Below, in pieces: positions 37,092 to 46,136 of a DNA stretch of 64,000 nt. Positions within the stretch are counted from its first letter, which is position 1, and every line of letters starts with the position of its first letter. The DNA is from an uncultured virus (IMG/VR IMGVR_UViG_3300021090_000018). Its lineage: Duplodnaviria; Heunggongvirae; Uroviricota; Caudoviricetes. Both the position numbers and the translations under genes were made by a program. The DNA lies in IMG/VR virus record IMGVR_UViG_3300021090_000018, one strand, 5' to 3'. Below the pieces are notes generated by a model. The model saw nothing but the letters and a program-made list of their open reading frames with translations, ran no database searches and was not told the DNA's origin.

Positions 37092-38276
37092 ATGAAGCGC
37101 CGCTGGACATTCCGAGCCTATCCGACTCCCGCGCAATCCGAGCACTTGGCGCAAACATTTGGCTGTTGCCGACTGGTCTATAACGGCATGTTGGCCGCCA
37201 GAACCGCTGCCTTCCAGCGGGGGGAACGATTGACCTATACCGGAACTAGTGCCCGGTTGACCCAACTGAAGAAAGATCCTGAACTGGCGTTTCTCAATGA
37301 GGTCTCGTACTGCCCGATGCAACAATCCCTCCGGCATCTGCAGACCGCCTTTGAGAACTTTTTCGCCAAGCGCAGTGCCTACCCCACCTTCAAGAAGAAG
37401 GGCCGGGTAAGGGACTGCGCCGAATACACTCGTAAGGCGTTGACCTTCGACATCACCACCCAACGCCTGACGCTCGCCAAGCTCGGGGTACTGGCGCTGC
37501 GGATCAGTCGCCGTGTCGATGTGGGCCCCAGTACTGTGACCGTCTCGCGCCACCCGTCTGGTCGCTACTACGTGTCGATGGTCGTTGACATCAAGGCCCC
37601 ACCGGCACGGGCGAAGACCGGACTGTCTGTTGGTATTGACTTCGGGGTCAGCCGCCTGACTACGTTGTCGAATGGCGAGACGATCCCGAATCCCACACAC
37701 CTGTTTCGTCGCACCGCTTTGCTGGTCCGTGCCCAGCGGCGCTTGGCCAGAAAGACGAAGGGCTCCAACCGCCGTGCTGAACAAGCCCGTCGTGTGGCGA
37801 GGCTGCATGAGAAGATTGCCGATGCGCGACGCGACAGCCTGCACAAACTGAGCACGATGCTGGCGCGACGGTTCGATACGATCTATGTCGAAGACTTGCA
37901 TCTCCGTGGCCTGGTTCAAAACCACAACCTGGCCCGTTCGCTCTCGGATGCCTCGATCGGGACCGCGATCCGCATGATCGAAGCCAAGGCCGAGACGGTC
38001 GTCAAGATCGACCGATTCTTTCCAAGCAGTAAAACCTGTTCCTCGTGTGGACACCTGTTGGACGCACTCCCGCTGAGCGTCCGGCAATGGACCTGTCCTC
38101 AGTGCGGCACCGAGCATGATCGAGACGTGAACGCGGCTCGCAATATCCTGGCGGTCGGACAGACCGTGACTGCGCGTGGAGGCGGTGTAAGAGCTTCCCG
38201 GACTACGGTTCGGAAAGCCAGTCGCCGACGAAACGTGAACCACTCTAGGATCAAGCATGCACATGTTTCCTCTTAG
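37092..38276 (+). CDS. tnpB: TnpB RNA-guided endonuclease
   Basis: FRAYPT...FGCCRLVYN HTH; RuvC GIDFG, VEDL, DRDVNAARNI; CxxC/CxxC zinc ribbon. Confidence 0.93.
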   Translation: MKRRWTFRAYPTPAQSEHLAQTFGCCRLVYNGMLAARTAAFQRGERLTYTGTSARLTQLKKDPELAFLNEVSYCPMQQSLRHLQTAFENFFAKRSAYPTFKKKGRVRDCAEYTRKALTFDITTQRLTLAKLGVLALRISRRVDVGPSTVTVSRHPSGRYYVSMVVDIKAPPARAKTGLSVGIDFGVSRLTTLSNGETIPNPTHLFRRTALLVRAQRRLARKTKGSNRRAEQARRVARLHEKIADARRDSLHKLSTMLARRFDTIYVEDLHLRGLVQNHNLARSLSDASIGTAIRMIEAKAETVVKIDRFFPSSKTCSSCGHLLDALPLSVRQWTCPQCGTEHDRDVNAARNILAVGQTVTARGGGVRASRTTVRKASRRRNVNHSRIKHAHVSS

Positions 38277-38326
38277 GAATCTCCGGCCTTTAGGCCTGAG
38301 AGGATGTCAACGTGATTCACCGTGAT
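38160..38326 (+). ncRNA. Putative omega/reRNA of TnpB (boundaries approximate; guide ~38311-38326)
   Basis: Established TnpB architecture: reRNA overlaps the tnpB 3' end and RE, and the guide comes from the flank after TCAA. Confidence 0.5.
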
Positions 38327-38574
38327 TCAGTGTGGGCACGCTTCACCGGGAAGCCCCGCTTGTCGAGCACCCCGTCGGCCTCGCGATAGTGCTCCAGGTA
38401 GAAGGCCATCGAGAGTTCCACGAGGCGCGAGAGCGACAGGAACCGATCATCCTTCGCCACAATCTCTTCCCCTTCCGCTTTCAAGCTCGGCAAGATCGTG
38501 GCGCGGATGCGGCCATGGAGCGCTCGGTCTTCCCCCGGTCGGCCCAGCTTCAGATGTCTCGCAGGTTGTGCCAT
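38317..38574 (-). CDS. Hypothetical RHH-like protein, lysogeny operon
   Basis: LHGRIR...LSLSRLVELSM; coupled to upstream gene. Confidence 0.5.
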   Translation of the reverse strand: MAQPARHLKLGRPGEDRALHGRIRATILPSLKAEGEEIVAKDDRFLSLSRLVELSMAFYLEHYREADGVLDKRGFPVKRAHTESR

Positions 38575-38575
38575 G

Positions 38576-39088
38576 TTACTTCCGAGCCTCCAGACCCTTG
38601 CCCATTCGAAATTGATCAATGGACGCACCGATCACGAGCGGATCCCAGCTGTCATTGATGAGCTGCTGATAGGTCGCGGGCTGTGCGGCCAGCCATTGAC
38701 GATACCGAGTGTCGTCAACCACCGCCTTCCAATCCGGATGGGTTCGCGTGAGTTGCCCCACCGCTTCTTGTTGCAGAACCCTTGTGCGCTCCGCTTCAAT
38801 GTCACCCTGACTCCGCAGCGCAGCCCGTTGGTACTCCATCTGCCGTTGATGCGTAGCCGCGTCTCGTTCCCGCTGAGCCTGATAGGCCCGTTCGTCCTGC
38901 TCCCGCTGAAAGTAGGCTTGCTGCTCCATCATCTGTTGCATGATGAGCCCCGACTGCATGGCGGCCAACGAATCGCCCATGGCCTTTCCCGCACCAGAAA
39001 TGCCACCAGCCAGACCGAGGTCCCCCGCGCTCGCAAGGCCAGGCATCCCGCAAACCAATACGATACTTATCCATAAAGATCGCATCAT
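38576..39088 (-). CDS. Exported chimeric protein (ejection-protein-like plus scaffold-like); candidate superinfection exclusion factor
   Basis: GGAGG RBS; signal peptide ...LVCGMPGLASA; ungapped similarity to the 4238 gene and to the scaffold. Confidence 0.65.
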   Translation of the reverse strand: MMRSLWISIVLVCGMPGLASAGDLGLAGGISGAGKAMGDSLAAMQSGLIMQQMMEQQAYFQREQDERAYQAQRERDAATHQRQMEYQRAALRSQGDIEAERTRVLQQEAVGQLTRTHPDWKAVVDDTRYRQWLAAQPATYQQLINDSWDPLVIGASIDQFRMGKGLEARK

Positions 39089-39191
39089 GTGCCTCCTTTA
39101 TGTCTTGCGGTTTGCCCAACAGTGTTCACAAGTACACCGCATTTCGATGACACTTTCATGTTGCCCGCCCACTAGGGCCACAAATCCACCA

Positions 39192-39398
39192 TTAGGCTTT
39201 TTTTTGACGGCCTGACGGTCGCATGGGCGGATCAACTAGATTCTCACTAGCCACTAAACCTAGAGCACAACGTAGTAAGTATCTCGCCTGGTCGGATTCC
39301 TTCCGATCATATTTGCTCGCGGCATCCCGCAAGGCCCGCTTTAATTCGTCGTCAGCACGAATCCGAATAAACTCGCTTTTCTTCTCCATCTTGTCCAT
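39192..39398 (-). CDS. Ribbon-helix-helix repressor (cI position)
   Basis: FIRIRADDELKRALRDAA...SDQARYLL; divergent from early operon. Confidence 0.7.
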   Translation of the reverse strand: MDKMEKKSEFIRIRADDELKRALRDAASKYDRKESDQARYLLRCALGLVASENLVDPPMRPSGRQKKA

Positions 39399-39405
39399 GT
39401 CCAAA

Positions 39406-39435
39406 AGCCTATAGGTTCCGCCGGGTTGCATGCAA
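39406..39435 (-). promoter_or_regulatory. Putative leftward (lysogeny) promoter, leaderless
   Basis: TTGCAT-18-TAGGCT, 7 nt before ATG 39398. Confidence 0.45.
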
Positions 39436-39479
39436 GGTTAAAAATGTGCCACTTGGTTCCATTCCGTGTCATTTTGTGC

Positions 39480-39508
39480 TTGACAGGCTTTTCCGCTCGG
39501 TGTATATA
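39480..39508 (+). promoter_or_regulatory. Rightward early promoter
   Basis: TTGACA-17-TATATA. Confidence 0.65.
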
Positions 39509-39518
39509 TCGTCACATC

Positions 39519-39692
39519 ATGGAACGAAACGGAACAGCCAAGCACCGAGTACGCATCGCCGCGGAGTTAGAGCATGCCCTCATCGCCAAAATCGACGAGG
39601 AACGAAAAGGGCGATGCAGCCGCGCTGCCATTGTCCGCATGGCGCTCCTGGATCGCTATCAACCGCGGCGGACAACGAAGAAGCGGGCCTGA
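39519..39692 (+). CDS. Ribbon-helix-helix protein (Cro position)
   Basis: VRIAAELEHALIAKIDEER..CSRAAIVRMAL CopG/Arc-like. Confidence 0.7.
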   Translation: MERNGTAKHRVRIAAELEHALIAKIDEERKGRCSRAAIVRMALLDRYQPRRTTKKRA

Positions 39693-39719
39693 TGCCTCAC
39701 GCGAAGGGAGTGTCCCCTA

Positions 39720-39989
39720 ATGTCCAGTGAAAATCCTAGCCCATCTTCCGAGGGGGTCGATCCCCGCCAAGCCGCGCTGGACGCCGCACGGGCGCAATGG
39801 CTCACGATCACAGAAGCCGCCTATGTGCTCCGCACGGACAAGCACACCATCCTCAACGCGATCCATCAGGGGCATGTGAAGCTGTTCGCCGTCGGGAAGG
39901 TGTTCCGGGTCCATGTGGATGCACTGGTCGAGAGCCAGAAAGTCATGGGGGAGTGGAAGCCGGTTCGGTTGAAATCCGTGCAGCGATAA
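39720..39989 (+). CDS. Excisionase-like HTH protein
   Basis: LTITEAAYVL....TILNAIHQG...VGKVFRV. Confidence 0.7.
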   Translation: MSSENPSPSSEGVDPRQAALDAARAQWLTITEAAYVLRTDKHTILNAIHQGHVKLFAVGKVFRVHVDALVESQKVMGEWKPVRLKSVQR

Positions 39990-40012
39990 CACGTTTCATG
40001 GGGGGCAAGCCT

Positions 40013-40243
40013 GTGAATGAATCCACGAGAAATCTCCTCGTCTCCGCCTTACATAACCACCTCGATCCCGAGGCCTGGATCCTCGTCTACATCGATGGGG
40101 GGGGCGTGTGCTCATTCACCAACATCTTGACGACCGAACCCGAGAACAAACACCTGGCGATCGCCATGCTCGACGCGATGATCAAGAGCCTGCGTGACAA
40201 TCAGCCAGGGATGATGGCGCGACTCGATCCATCGAGCAATTAA
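40013..40243 (+). CDS. Hypothetical protein
   Basis: GTG start, colinear. Confidence 0.45.
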   Translation: MNESTRNLLVSALHNHLDPEAWILVYIDGGGVCSFTNILTTEPENKHLAIAMLDAMIKSLRDNQPGMMARLDPSSN

Positions 40244-40257
40244 CCGGAGAGGGCAGC

Positions 40258-40959
40258 ATGACGACGCGCAAATGGGCCACCTGGATGATCGTGCTGGATC
40301 TGTGCCTGCTACTGGGAGGGATCGGCGCGACGGTGGTGGTGGCGCACGCCGGAGCGTTCTACGTGACGGGCAGTCTCGGGGCGGCCCATTTTCTCCGCAC
40401 GATCCCAGACGGGACCTGGATCCAGGAGGGCCTGCCGCACACGACCGACCTGACGAGCCTCGCGTGGCGCACGGGCGCGGGGTATCGGCTGAACGAGTCC
40501 TGGAGCGTGCAGGCACACTATCTGAATTTTGGGACTGCCGCGATCAATACCCTGGCGGTGCGGGACGAACAATACAACCCGCATGCCCATCGGTGCCACA
40601 CCGCCTGTGACGAGGCGCGGCCGTTCCACTCCCACGACCTGATGGAGGGCGTGGAAGTGTCCATCTCCCGTCATTGGGCACTAGGTCCCGTCAATCCGTT
40701 TCTCCGGGCGGGCGGGGCGCTCCTCTACCATCGGCTCACAGTGCAATGGAGCGATATTAACCATCCATCGGCCCAGCAAACCATGCACGGATGGATCCCG
40801 ACAGCCCTCGTGGGTGGCGGAGTCTGTGCTGGGTGGCTCTGTGCGGAGACGACCTATTACCGTGGGTTCGGGGGCGGCGAGGATTGGAGCGCTGGTCTGC
40901 CGATTGCGAAACAATCCGTGATGACGCTCCTGAGCGTCAACGTGCCATTGAGTTTTTAG
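40258..40959 (+). CDS. Outer-membrane beta-barrel protein (OmpA/Ail-Lom-like)
   Basis: Signal peptide (AHA), FYVTGSLG, GAGYRLNESWSVQAHY, PFLRAG, terminal Phe. Confidence 0.7.
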   Translation: MTTRKWATWMIVLDLCLLLGGIGATVVVAHAGAFYVTGSLGAAHFLRTIPDGTWIQEGLPHTTDLTSLAWRTGAGYRLNESWSVQAHYLNFGTAAINTLAVRDEQYNPHAHRCHTACDEARPFHSHDLMEGVEVSISRHWALGPVNPFLRAGGALLYHRLTVQWSDINHPSAQQTMHGWIPTALVGGGVCAGWLCAETTYYRGFGGGEDWSAGLPIAKQSVMTLLSVNVPLSF

Positions 40960-40970
40960 AGGAGGACCTT

Positions 40971-41195
40971 ATGACGATGAACGATCACTGGGAGCTAATC
41001 TTGTTGCTATGGATTCTCGGGCCGATCCTCGTCGGTGGGTTCGGCTATGTGTTGATCTCTGAATGGCTCCTCTGGCGCGGGACCCGCCACTGGTTGCGCA
41101 CGCATTTTCCGGCACCGTGTCACCGGGACCCGATCTATGGCCCCGCCGATCCATCACGCAGAGAGGCACGGCCCAATCTGCGGGTGGTGCGATGA
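40971..41195 (+). CDS. Small membrane protein
   Basis: GAGGAGG RBS, one TM segment. Confidence 0.55.
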   Translation: MTMNDHWELILLLWILGPILVGGFGYVLISEWLLWRGTRHWLRTHFPAPCHRDPIYGPADPSRREARPNLRVVR

Positions 41196-41380
41196 GTTTC
41201 CCAGCCATTACCCGCCGACAATACCTGAAATGCAAATCAGGCCGGCTCGGCAGCCAGTTTTTGAAGCGATTGGACCTGGGGTTGCTCATTGATCGGAACC
41301 TCACCAAGACGCCCAAGAACGTCAAGACCGTGAAAGCCCCGAAGGCCCTCACGAAATTTTTCACCAAGGAGGCGGTATGA
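41192..41380 (+). CDS. Small basic hypothetical protein
   Basis: ATGA coupling on both sides. Confidence 0.45.
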   Translation: MSFPAITRRQYLKCKSGRLGSQFLKRLDLGLLIDRNLTKTPKNVKTVKAPKALTKFFTKEAV

Positions 41381-42477
41381 ATTTAGAACTGGAAGAAGCA
41401 GAAGTCACGACCGAAGAGAAAACCGTGGCGCACGTCCCGGAAGTCATGACCGAGGAGGAGGTCCAGGCCCTCAAGAACCCCGCAGAACTCATCCAGCAAT
41501 TGGAGGCCTGCAAGACACGGTTCGGGTCACTCCGCCCAACGGACTCCCTCTCCGTCAAGCAATGTGTCGCCCTGATCGAGACCTGTGCCTTTGCCTCACG
41601 GTACGCAGAGAGCCGGCGCACGGCGATCACGGAGCCACTCAATAAGCAGGTGACGGACGCGAACGCCATCTGGCAACCGATCGTAAAGGGCTTTGCTGAA
41701 GTGGCGAAGGTGCGCGGGGTCGAAGTGGCGAAGTTCATCGATGATCAACGGAAAGAAGCCGCACGGCTCCAGCAGAAAGCCATTAACGACGCCAAAGCCG
41801 AACAGGACCGGCTCGATCGGATTGCGGAAGAGGAACGGCAGAAGGCGGAGCACCTCCGGCTCGAAGCCGAGCGAGCGGCCAAGGCGGAAGAGGACCGGCT
41901 CGCCAAGGTGGAAACGGACCGGCTTGCCGCCGAGCAGAAGATCAAGGACGACGAGCAGGCGTTGATCGACGCCAAGGCGCGAGGTGATGCCGAAGCGGCG
42001 AGACGGGCTCAACGGGAGATCAATGACGCGAAAGACGCCGCGGCCCAGAAGGTGATTGACGACGAAACGGCTCGCGTGGCCGCACAGGAGGAACAGGATC
42101 GCGTGAATAAACTCGCCACGAAAGCCGAGGCCAAGGCCGATAAGGCGGAACTCGCGTCGTCGAATGTCGTGACGGAAGTGGTCGCCACCCAAGCCAAGAC
42201 CATTGATACAGGCAGTGCGACGTTCTCGGCGAAAGCCCCGAAAAAGACGTGGCTGCTGGCCGGCTGGGATAAGTCCAAACCGTTGCGGTGTACCGATCCG
42301 GCGCTCGCGCATGTGCTCGGGAATCTCTTGGCGCTGCCGACATCGGTGCAGTTCTTACTCAAGTATTCTGATCTGAACCCCGTCTATCTGAACAAGGCCT
42401 TTGGCGAGGTGGAATTCCCGGAACCGTTTTCTATCACGGACGATTACAAGGGGTCGTCGGTAAGAGGGAAATCATGA
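41377..42477 (+). CDS. Long coiled-coil protein (recombination-cluster type)
   Basis: ESRRTAITEPL motif plus E/K/A/R-rich helix. Confidence 0.65.
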   Translation: MNLELEEAEVTTEEKTVAHVPEVMTEEEVQALKNPAELIQQLEACKTRFGSLRPTDSLSVKQCVALIETCAFASRYAESRRTAITEPLNKQVTDANAIWQPIVKGFAEVAKVRGVEVAKFIDDQRKEAARLQQKAINDAKAEQDRLDRIAEEERQKAEHLRLEAERAAKAEEDRLAKVETDRLAAEQKIKDDEQALIDAKARGDAEAARRAQREINDAKDAAAQKVIDDETARVAAQEEQDRVNKLATKAEAKADKAELASSNVVTEVVATQAKTIDTGSATFSAKAPKKTWLLAGWDKSKPLRCTDPALAHVLGNLLALPTSVQFLLKYSDLNPVYLNKAFGEVEFPEPFSITDDYKGSSVRGKS

Positions 42478-42779
42478 GCGTTCGAACAATCTACACATGC
42501 GAGCGGTGCAAAACGGAACAGGAAGATGAACGCACATTTCACACAGTCGGCATCCTCACAGAGCAAGGCACCCATGATTTAACCCAAACGGCCTACGGCA
42601 ACAGCAAGCGAATCGTAAACGATAAGCAGATGCAAGTGTGTACGCCATGCCTTGAGGCCATGGGGATCAGTCGGTGGGTGCCAGAGATATCAGTATCCGC
42701 GACACCGCCACCAAGCATTGAGGATCTGATCGTCGAGATCGTGCGTAACCATGTCACGGAGATGACCGGAGCCTCATGA
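42474..42779 (+). CDS. Zinc-binding hypothetical protein
   Basis: CERC...CTPC. Confidence 0.55.
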   Translation: MSVRTIYTCERCKTEQEDERTFHTVGILTEQGTHDLTQTAYGNSKRIVNDKQMQVCTPCLEAMGISRWVPEISVSATPPPSIEDLIVEIVRNHVTEMTGAS

Positions 42780-43384
42780 TCATCTCCTGCACCAGAGGCG
42801 AATCTTACGAGTACCACCAGGGCGCGGTGGATCTCTTCAGTGTGTCTCAGGTGCGGAAGATGGCCCACGATACCTACGCCGGTATTCCACTTGAAGTGTT
42901 GGAGCCCGCAAGGAAACGCGGGGAGATCTTACACCGGCGATTCTGGAAGCTCCTCGCCTCACGGGCAGGCTTGATGGAAAAGCCCCTGGTCATTCCAGAG
43001 TTCGACGGCTATTGCAGGTCGATGGATGACTGGGCCGAGCGCAACCAAGTGATCCCCGTGAAGCTGGAAGAAGTGAGTGCCTGTCTCAAGCTGGGGTTTG
43101 CCGGGACGCCCGATGCCTTGGTGCGAATGGGGCGGAGGCAACGGTTGACGCTGCTCGACTTAAAAACAGGTGCGCTGACGTTGACTGACCCGATGCAGCT
43201 CATCGCGTACAAACACATGCAGGGATACGAAGAAGCTGATGACTTGCTCGACCTCTATATCCAGCCTGATAGTTCTCACGCAAAAGAAAAGCCGGTGACT
43301 CCAGCCATGAAAGCGACCGAATGGAGTTGGTTTCTGACGGCACTCAACCTACTCAAGGCAAGGAGGAATCATGGTGTCAAGTGA
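42776..43384 (+). CDS. PD-(D/E)XK exonuclease
   Basis: SVSQV, RGEILH, FAGTPD...LDLKTG...QLIAY. Confidence 0.8.
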   Translation: MIISCTRGESYEYHQGAVDLFSVSQVRKMAHDTYAGIPLEVLEPARKRGEILHRRFWKLLASRAGLMEKPLVIPEFDGYCRSMDDWAERNQVIPVKLEEVSACLKLGFAGTPDALVRMGRRQRLTLLDLKTGALTLTDPMQLIAYKHMQGYEEADDLLDLYIQPDSSHAKEKPVTPAMKATEWSWFLTALNLLKARRNHGVK

Positions 43385-43562
43385 AGCGGTGGATGAGCAT
43401 GTCACCGACGAGGAGCATCTGGCTGTGCGCCTCGAGGAGGAATGTCCATGGGAGTCAGTGTCGAAGGTGCTCGACCACACCGGTTGGCTCGATCTGGTCG
43501 AGACAATCAAGCAGGTGAGTCCAGAGGCGTATCAGGCGTTGCGACGGGATTTGCTGAAGTAG
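43371..43562 (+). CDS. Hypothetical protein
   Basis: AGGAGG RBS. Confidence 0.5.
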   Translation: MVSSEAVDEHVTDEEHLAVRLEEECPWESVSKVLDHTGWLDLVETIKQVSPEAYQALRRDLLK

Positions 43563-43570
43563 GGGGCTAT

Positions 43571-44137
43571 ATGAAACTTTGTGAATGCGGGTGCGGAGAG
43601 TTGGCACCGCTTGCGTTTCAAACGGATACACGTCGAGGTTTCGTGAAGGGACAACCGCAGCGTTTCATCGCCGGGCATCATGCTCGTGGAAGCAATAACC
43701 CTGCATGGAATGGTGGGCGCAGCTCTCATCATCAGGGATATGCGTTGGTGATGAAACCTGACCATCCACGCGCAAGCAGCAACGGATACGTTCTGGAGCA
43801 TATTCTCGTAGGAGAGCAGGCCCTCGGGCGATTCCTCCCACCGCAGGCCGTTGTCCATCATGTGAATGAGCAGCGTAGCGAAAACAGAAATTCCAACCTC
43901 GTGATCTGTGAAGACGACACATACCACAAATTACTCCATAAGCGCATGCGAGCCTTCCGCGCCACTGGTTCCGTACTCGGCGTGCAGTGCCTCTACTGCA
44001 AAGAATGGGGCATGCCAGGGACGAGTGACATATCAATCATCCAACGAAAAAGCGGAAAGACAGGACATTCCTATCACCGATCCTGCAACACCGCTGCGGC
44101 GAAATCATTCAGAGAAGCAGAAAGGACACCATCATGA
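43571..44137 (+). CDS. HNH endonuclease
   Basis: CECGCG N-terminus; EHIL...VHHVNE...N..NL...H. Confidence 0.8.
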   Translation: MKLCECGCGELAPLAFQTDTRRGFVKGQPQRFIAGHHARGSNNPAWNGGRSSHHQGYALVMKPDHPRASSNGYVLEHILVGEQALGRFLPPQAVVHHVNEQRSENRNSNLVICEDDTYHKLLHKRMRAFRATGSVLGVQCLYCKEWGMPGTSDISIIQRKSGKTGHSYHRSCNTAAAKSFREAERTPS

Positions 44138-45339
44138 GTCCATTCAACACCAAGTTTACGAGACTGACCGGCGACGTGGGCAACGTCTCTGGGCTCATGC
44201 GGCTCAAGCGCCTTGGAAAGATCAGGCTTGGGATCAAGAAAAAAAGCGCCAAGACTGGACAGGAATATCCGAGCGCGATCGACATGGATGGCCAGCCCAT
44301 TGATTACTTCGTCGTGCCGCCAGAAATCGTCGAGTTCACAGGGGAGAAGCCGAAAGTGCTTGACGCGATGTTTGTCTCGAACGACCCAGAGGAAGTGTAT
44401 CAAGAGAAGCTGGCAATGTATGGCAGCACGACTGGCCTGAAATGTCACGGAGACGGTCAGACGGCGCTGCGACGGAACGAGAGCGGCCAGTGGGAGCCGA
44501 TGAAATGTCCATGCCCATTTCTCAAGACAGATGCCAACCCCAAGGGCTCATGTACCGCACAGGGGCATCTGATGGTCGTCCTGCCCAAGGTGAGCATGTG
44601 GGGCTATTTTCAGATCACGACACATTCCCTCTACGCGAGGGCTGGCATTCTCTCCTCGCTGAAACAGTTGCAGCAGACTATTGGCCGCATTGCCTACATT
44701 CCGCTGAAACTCAGTCGGGCTCCGCAAGATATTGTGCATGATGGGAAAAGCAAGACGCATTTTATCGTCGGATTCGTCCCTGATCTCACGCTCCCGCAAA
44801 TCATCGAGCTCCGCACCAAGCCGGAACTCATGGTTTTGCCAGCACAGTATCAGATCGAGGCTCCTGTCGATTCCAACCCTGCCGACGATCCGGTCGACGT
44901 CGTGACGGAAGCGGAGACGGAGGACGGCATCGACGCGGAGCTGCTGGCCGATATGAGCGACAAGGAATTGGAGGACGTACAAGCCAAATTGCGCGAGCGG
45001 CAAGTGAAGCCGTCGGACGTTACGAAACCAGTGATAGGCCGGCATGGAGGATTGGAAGCGTCACCGAAGGCACCGGCTCCTTCACTGAAACCCAACGGCA
45101 CGGCGGTGCAGGAATCCCTTGAACTGCCGACGCCGACACGATTGGGGGATGGGCCGATTCCCGCTTCGCAATGGGCCGAAGTGGTCACGTTCATCGACGG
45201 CAATCTGGATCTCGGCACACTCAAACAGGATTGGAAGGCGGAACATAAGGTGGACAACGTGATTCGTTTGACCGAGGGAGGCAAGCAGAAGTTTCTCGAA
45301 TTCATGCGAGCGCAGGCGGGCGCGGGGTTTCCGTACTAA
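44134..45339 (+). CDS. Recombination protein (Gp3/recombination-directionality-factor-like)
   Basis: LGKIRLGIK, KCHGDG, CPC...C, FQITTHS; next to exonuclease. Confidence 0.6.
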   Translation: MSPFNTKFTRLTGDVGNVSGLMRLKRLGKIRLGIKKKSAKTGQEYPSAIDMDGQPIDYFVVPPEIVEFTGEKPKVLDAMFVSNDPEEVYQEKLAMYGSTTGLKCHGDGQTALRRNESGQWEPMKCPCPFLKTDANPKGSCTAQGHLMVVLPKVSMWGYFQITTHSLYARAGILSSLKQLQQTIGRIAYIPLKLSRAPQDIVHDGKSKTHFIVGFVPDLTLPQIIELRTKPELMVLPAQYQIEAPVDSNPADDPVDVVTEAETEDGIDAELLADMSDKELEDVQAKLRERQVKPSDVTKPVIGRHGGLEASPKAPAPSLKPNGTAVQESLELPTPTRLGDGPIPASQWAEVVTFIDGNLDLGTLKQDWKAEHKVDNVIRLTEGGKQKFLEFMRAQAGAGFPY

Positions 45340-45369
45340 CGCCGCGTCGCTACACACTAGGAGACCATC

Positions 45370-45699
45370 ATGGGACAAACCGAATTACATACCGACGTGC
45401 GCGAGACCGACACCGACTTTGCCTGCTTCGTGAAGGCGAAGGATCGCCGACAAGTGACATTCACGCTCGTATCACAGGACATCAGCGCCGACCTCGTGGT
45501 GGACTTTTGGACGATGGTCCAATTGAAGGTCCGGGTGAATATGCGGCATGGCATGACCGTGCCAGGTGCTGTTGAAGCCGTGCGTGTCACGTTTGGTATT
45601 CCGAAATATCCTGAATACTTCGATGATGCCAAGCTCAACGGAGCCGCACGAATAGCGGAGGCGATGCGGTTGCATTCAAACAGAAAGATTGCCGACTAA
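45370..45699 (+). CDS. Hypothetical protein
   Basis: AGGAG RBS; FTLVSQD motif. Confidence 0.55.
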   Translation: MGQTELHTDVRETDTDFACFVKAKDRRQVTFTLVSQDISADLVVDFWTMVQLKVRVNMRHGMTVPGAVEAVRVTFGIPKYPEYFDDAKLNGAARIAEAMRLHSNRKIAD

Positions 45700-46136
45700 T
45701 GACCCAGACACAGCTCAACGATCTTAGCAGGTTTAATAAGTTCACTGCCTATACTGGCGATTGCATCGTCTGGACAGGGAAGGCCACGAGTGCTGGCTAT
45801 CCATGTTTTTGGTTTAGCGGAAAGACCGTGCTCGCGCACCGATGGATCTACCAAGCGCGTGGAGGAGCTATTCTTCCAGGTCAAGAAATCGACCACATTT
45901 GCAAAAATCCAGTGTGCGTGAACGTCAATCATCTCCGCGTTGGAACGCACAGGGACAACATGAAAAACGCGGTCCATGCTCAAAAGCAGTTCTGTAAATA
46001 CGGACACAGATTTGATGAGCGTAACACCATGTACTGTCAGGGCAAATGGGGCACGGCGAGAATTTGCAAGGAATGCAAGAAGAGGCGTTGGAAGAACTGG
46101 AGCGCGAGACGTATGGCAGGGGGCAATATCTCATGA
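45699..46136 (+). CDS. HNH endonuclease
   Basis: CIVWTG...AHR...IDHICKNPVCVNVNHL...N; CKYGH. Confidence 0.85.
   Translation: MTQTQLNDLSRFNKFTAYTGDCIVWTGKATSAGYPCFWFSGKTVLAHRWIYQARGGAILPGQEIDHICKNPVCVNVNHLRVGTHRDNMKNAVHAQKQFCKYGHRFDERNTMYCQGKWGTARICKECKKRRWKNWSARRMAGGNIS

Larger units (their letters stand above)
37008..38310 (+). mobile_element. IS200/IS605-family tnpB-only (IS1341-like) element
   Basis: LE hairpin CTTGGCCTTCAGGCCGAG; RE hairpin CTCCGGCCTTTAGGCCTGAG followed by AGGATGTCAA; no tnpA. Confidence 0.8.

Noticed and set aside
37080..38264. 394-aa minus-strand ORF mirroring tnpB
   Set aside because: Antisense shadow of tnpB with no recognisable motifs
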